NCBI GenBank assembly: GCA_001724265.1
Contig: MEDY01000066.1
Span: forward strand, 1 to 64,000
From: Rhizaria sp. SCN 62-66
Taxonomy: Eukaryota
Direction: 5' to 3'
DNA length: 64,000 bases
Both the position numbers and the translations under genes were made by a program. Below the pieces are notes generated by a model that saw only the letters and a program-made list of their open reading frames with translations, did no database searches and was not told the origin of the DNA. Each line of letters begins with the position of its first letter. Positions within the stretch are counted from its first letter, which is position 1. Shown piece by piece: positions 60,601 through 64,000 of the stretch.

Positions 60601-63046
60601 AGGATGAGTGTTCATATTCGTGTTGGTGGCGTTTGCATCAAGACCATACTTCGTATACAGAGAGACACGTGTTGCATTGTTGCTATCGACGTTATCAGAA
60701 ACTCTGATGTCGACGGCAACACGCTCATCAGCGCCGGAAATGTTATACTCATTGTTGCTATTGTCATAACTGCGGCCATTATTGTTCATGTTAATGTTGC
60801 CGTCAACGACATACGCAGCGTCAGTCGCATAGTGACCCTGCGCAGCAGCAGCAGCAGCGGCACCGGCACCAGCAGAGTAAACGAAATGACTGTGAGCATT
60901 GTCGAGCTCGCCGTTCATCACATGGTCCTGGTGCTCCAGGTCTTGTGCCCTCACATATCCAGTAACAGCAGCAGATGCAGCAAAGTGACCGTGGGCGTCG
61001 CCACCATCATTGTAGCAGTGACCGTGGGCAGAAAGGGAGTGACCGTGAGCAGCAAAACGACTAGGACCGTGAGCATAGTCGTTGTCACGCTCACAGTCAT
61101 TGTTATCATCGTAGTCATAATCACCCTCGTCTTCGCAGTCAGCGTCATCATAATGACCGTGTGCATCGGCGTATTGACCATGGGCAGCCTCGTAGAGTTG
61201 TTGTTGCTGCAGTGCTGCCTTAGTAGCATCATACTCTTGTTGTTGCTGCTGCAGCGACGTCCTAACGTCGTCTGCCTTGTACGCAGCGCGCTTCGCAGCA
61301 GCCTTGGCCTTGGCAGCCGCGGCCGCGGTCGCTGAGGCACTCTGGGCGCGCACTTTGTCGACAATGACGCCGGCGCCGGTCACGGCTGAGCGCGCCTTGA
61401 GCCCCGCTGCAGCTGTGATGTGGGCAGCGGTTGCAGGAAGTTTCTTCGCGTTGCCGTAGCTGCAGTTAGCGTGGTTAGCAGTGTTGTTGGCTGAGCGGCG
61501 ACTGTGACGCTGCTGGTAATGACTGTGGGCGGCGTTGAAGTGACTGTGGGTCGGGTTGAAGTGGCCGTGGGCAGGATTGAAACGACTCTGAGCCAAAGCG
61601 GCATGCTAAACACTAGTGGCACTGCCCATAGCAATCTTACTCGCGTTTGATCCCTTTTTGCTCATGTGACCCTTCGCACTGTATGGGTGTGAGTTTTCAT
61701 CATACCCAGCCTCGTTTGCGCCGCCATGAGCGCTATTGTCGTCGCTGTCGCTCGTGCTAACGCTGTCGCTGGCGGCGGTGAGGCTGTGGTTCATTTTGTT
61801 GCTGTAGTAGTAATCGTACTCGTTGTTGTTGTCAGAGTCTGTCGCCTCCAGCAGCGAGTCAGAACGATCGTCGCGAGAGTCAAACTGACTGTGAACGTCA
61901 GAGTGACTGTGAGAAGCAGAGTCAGCGTGACTGTGAGCATCGGAGTGACCGAGAGCAGCAGAGTGACCGGGAGCAGCAGCGACGTCGGAGTCGGTGTGAC
62001 TGTTGTTGTTTGTGTTATTCAACTCACTCCAGTCACTCAGCTCGCAGTCGCTTGAAATCTTTTGAATTTGCTGCTGCTTCTGCTGCTGTTGCTGCTGGTG
62101 TTGCTATTTCTGCTGCTTCTTCTGTTGCCTCAGCCGCTGTTTCTGCTCGCGCGCCGCCTTCGCCGCCTTGGCGTTGTCGTCCTGCTGCTGCTGCAGCCGC
62201 GCGTCCTCGGCCCAGCGCGCTGAGGCGAGCATGTACCTTGTCAGCGATTCCTCTATCTCGTCGGCGACGTTAGCTGCAGCGGCCGCAGCAATTGCAGTCG
62301 GAGCAGTCGCTGTCGAAGGCGTGTCGGGAGAGCCTGCAAGTGCACTGGCTGCGCTGTTGTGAGTGAAGCCGTTTGTGTTGGGAGGAGCCCAGCGGCGCTG
62401 TAGCGTTGACAACGACTGCAGCAGTGAGTGGCTGTCGTTATCGTCGTTGTCAGCACTGGTTCTAGCAGTCGCATTATCAACCACAGGTGTGGCAAAAACT
62501 GAGACAGGAGCAGTTGCGTTTATAGCACTAGGCGCAGGAGCAACTATGTTGCGACTACTGACGCCAGCGTTTCCATTAACGCTGCTATTGCTGCTACGAA
62601 TGTTGGCAGTGACGCTCGCGAGTAGCAAGTCGGTCTTGACGTCCTCCGCAGTGCTGCCGTCCGTGAGCGTGGCCAGCGCGGCGTCTTCCGCGACGACGGA
62701 CTCCAGGTAAGACCGCAAGCGCGTCTGCGCCCAGCTCGTGTACTCGTCCATCGGCGCAGCAGGGGTGGTGTCTGCCGTAGCGGCGGGCTCAGCGTCGGAG
62801 GTAAATGTGGAGGAGGCTGGCAGCGTGGTCGGATCAGCTATGGGGACCTCGCTGAGCCAACGAACAGGAAAGAAAAAAGACGTGAATAGGGACACAGATA
62901 AGCCACAGTCAAAAGAAAACACGCGGATATGAATTAAAATCGATTAACACATAGACGTACGTGTCAACACCTGCGATAGAGCAGATCATAATCTTTGTCG
63001 CGGGACTATTGTCCTTCCAGCGGACGCTCATGGTGCTCGTGTCCAT
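57625..63046 (-). CDS. Large hypothetical low-complexity protein (about 1770 aa) containing four in-frame TAG codons
   Basis: Exon 63046-62961, GTACG...CAG intron, exon 62851-57625. ORFs 62104..62922, 61606..62022, 59758..61596 and 57625..59685 are all one frame, separated only by TAG at 62104, 61606, 59758 and 59698. Terminal TAA. Confidence 0.78.
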
Positions 63047-63709
63047 GGTGCTTTCCGGCGAACCGCGCTTGGAGACCTATACGTTTAAGACAGAAACTAT
63101 GATTTAAATATAGTATATAAACGTATTAGTTAAATAACTTTACTCAACCAATTTTCAACTTAACGAACAAACCACATCAAAATAGAACTTATTTGAGAGC
63201 TACTTCTTCTAGCCGTTGGAGCATCAACCGCAGTGGATCGATTGGTCAATTAGTCACCCAATCAGGCATTTGTTGTAACTCAGTGTAATGACCGCCAACA
63301 TTCACGAAATGAAACAAACGTGCACTATAATACCCCAAATCATCATGTAATCATCGTGAATCATGATCTGGCGGACAACTAACTCATCTCGACGCTTATA
63401 CAGTTGGTTTAAAAACTTTGTTTATTTGTTTATTTGTTTATTTCTTATTTTTCTTGTTCTACGCTACATAATAATAGCTTAGTAATATGATCTATGTTAC
63501 ATCCTACATATAAAGTGTTCCCCAGAATAACACCACGCGAGAAAAGAAACCTCTCACTCACATATCCCTCCTTAATCCTGCGGCAAAGCCCTCACCATTA
63601 ATCGCACACCCGACAGATCGATCGCCGCTTTATAAACTACAGCAGCAAAACCTGTTCTCCCCTCGCTTTCCCGCATCGTTAACAGTCACCAGGATCGCGT
63701 CCGAGCGCT

Positions 63710-64000
63710 TTACCAGGCGTGGCCGCCGCGGAAGCCCTGGCGCTGGTCCTGAAGCTTCTCGACGCGCTCGGAGAAAAGCTGGACCTTGTCCACGAACTGC
63801 ATCGCGAGCCGCTGCGCGCGGCTGACCGCGGGCGCAGTCACACGCAGGCACTTGCCCACGGTCGCCGCGGCCGCCGCGGCGGGGTCCTCCCACGCGGCCG
63901 AGAGCAGGCCCGCGTACATGAGCTTGGAGGCGACCGAGACGACGTCGTCCTCGGACATCTCGTACTTGGCCACGAGGTCCGAGAGCGAGATGGTGGTGTA
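63710..64000 (-). CDS. 3' end of eIF3c-like PCI-domain protein (5'-partial)
   Basis: YTTISLSDL..KYEM....V.SVASKLM....L.AAW..P...RAQRLAMQF.DKV resembles the eIF3c PCI winged helix and following helix. Stop TAA. Confidence 0.7.
   Translation of the reverse strand, partial: YTTISLSDLVAKYEMSEDDVVSVASKLMYAGLLSAAWEDPAAAAAATVGKCLRVTAPAVSRAQRLAMQFVDKVQLFSERVEKLQDQRQGFRGGHAW

Noticed and set aside
59698-62106. Pyrrolysine, selenocysteine or classical single-site programmed readthrough
   Set aside because: Sec uses UGA and Pyl is not known in eukaryotes. Four low-efficiency readthrough events in one ORF would give almost no product, and the sites share no downstream signal beyond a +4 pyrimidine. The Gln-tract context fits reassignment better.
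57625-62922. Four separate genes, or a pseudogene, as the ORF track suggests
   Set aside because: The pieces share one frame, start at GTG/TTG rather than ATG, have no intergenic-like spacers, and are separated only by TAG with no other lesions.
1-64000. A tRNA with a CUA anticodon in this window
   Set aside because: I saw no cloverleaf with A/B boxes by eye. It must be sought elsewhere in the genome with tRNAscan-SE.

Overview
Gene-dense window from a eukaryotic (protist-like) nuclear genome. It has GC-rich exons, short AT-rich GT-AG introns and many divergent gene pairs. I support 19 protein-coding genes: an unknown membrane protein, TYW1, Vps68/TMEM50, a giant Argonaute, a TVP15/COPI-associated protein, Cho2-type PE methyltransferase, an SH3-4xLIM-villin-headpiece protein, kinesin-14, Erv1, RPB3, beta'-COP, mitochondrial S6, a giant phytochelatin synthase, prefoldin-1, an M3 oligopeptidase, a DUF4460 protein, two unknown low-complexity or coiled-coil proteins and an eIF3c-like 3' end. 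The main discovery is an apparent variant nuclear genetic code. Five in-frame TAG codons (1210, 59698, 59758, 61606, 62104) interrupt two otherwise continuous long reading frames, four of them in Gln-rich or QS/QP tracts, with no in-frame TAA/TGA and no frameshifts. All 19 genes end in TAA (15) or TGA (4) and none in TAG. This points to UAG being read as sense, most likely Gln, independently of UAA. Other signals are a GTACG-dominated 5' splice site with a CTCAC branch point, a frame-independent exonic motif, and recurrent promoter and 3'UTR motifs. I recognised no tRNA, rRNA, CRISPR array or transposon. All gene calls come from reading motifs by eye, with no database search.
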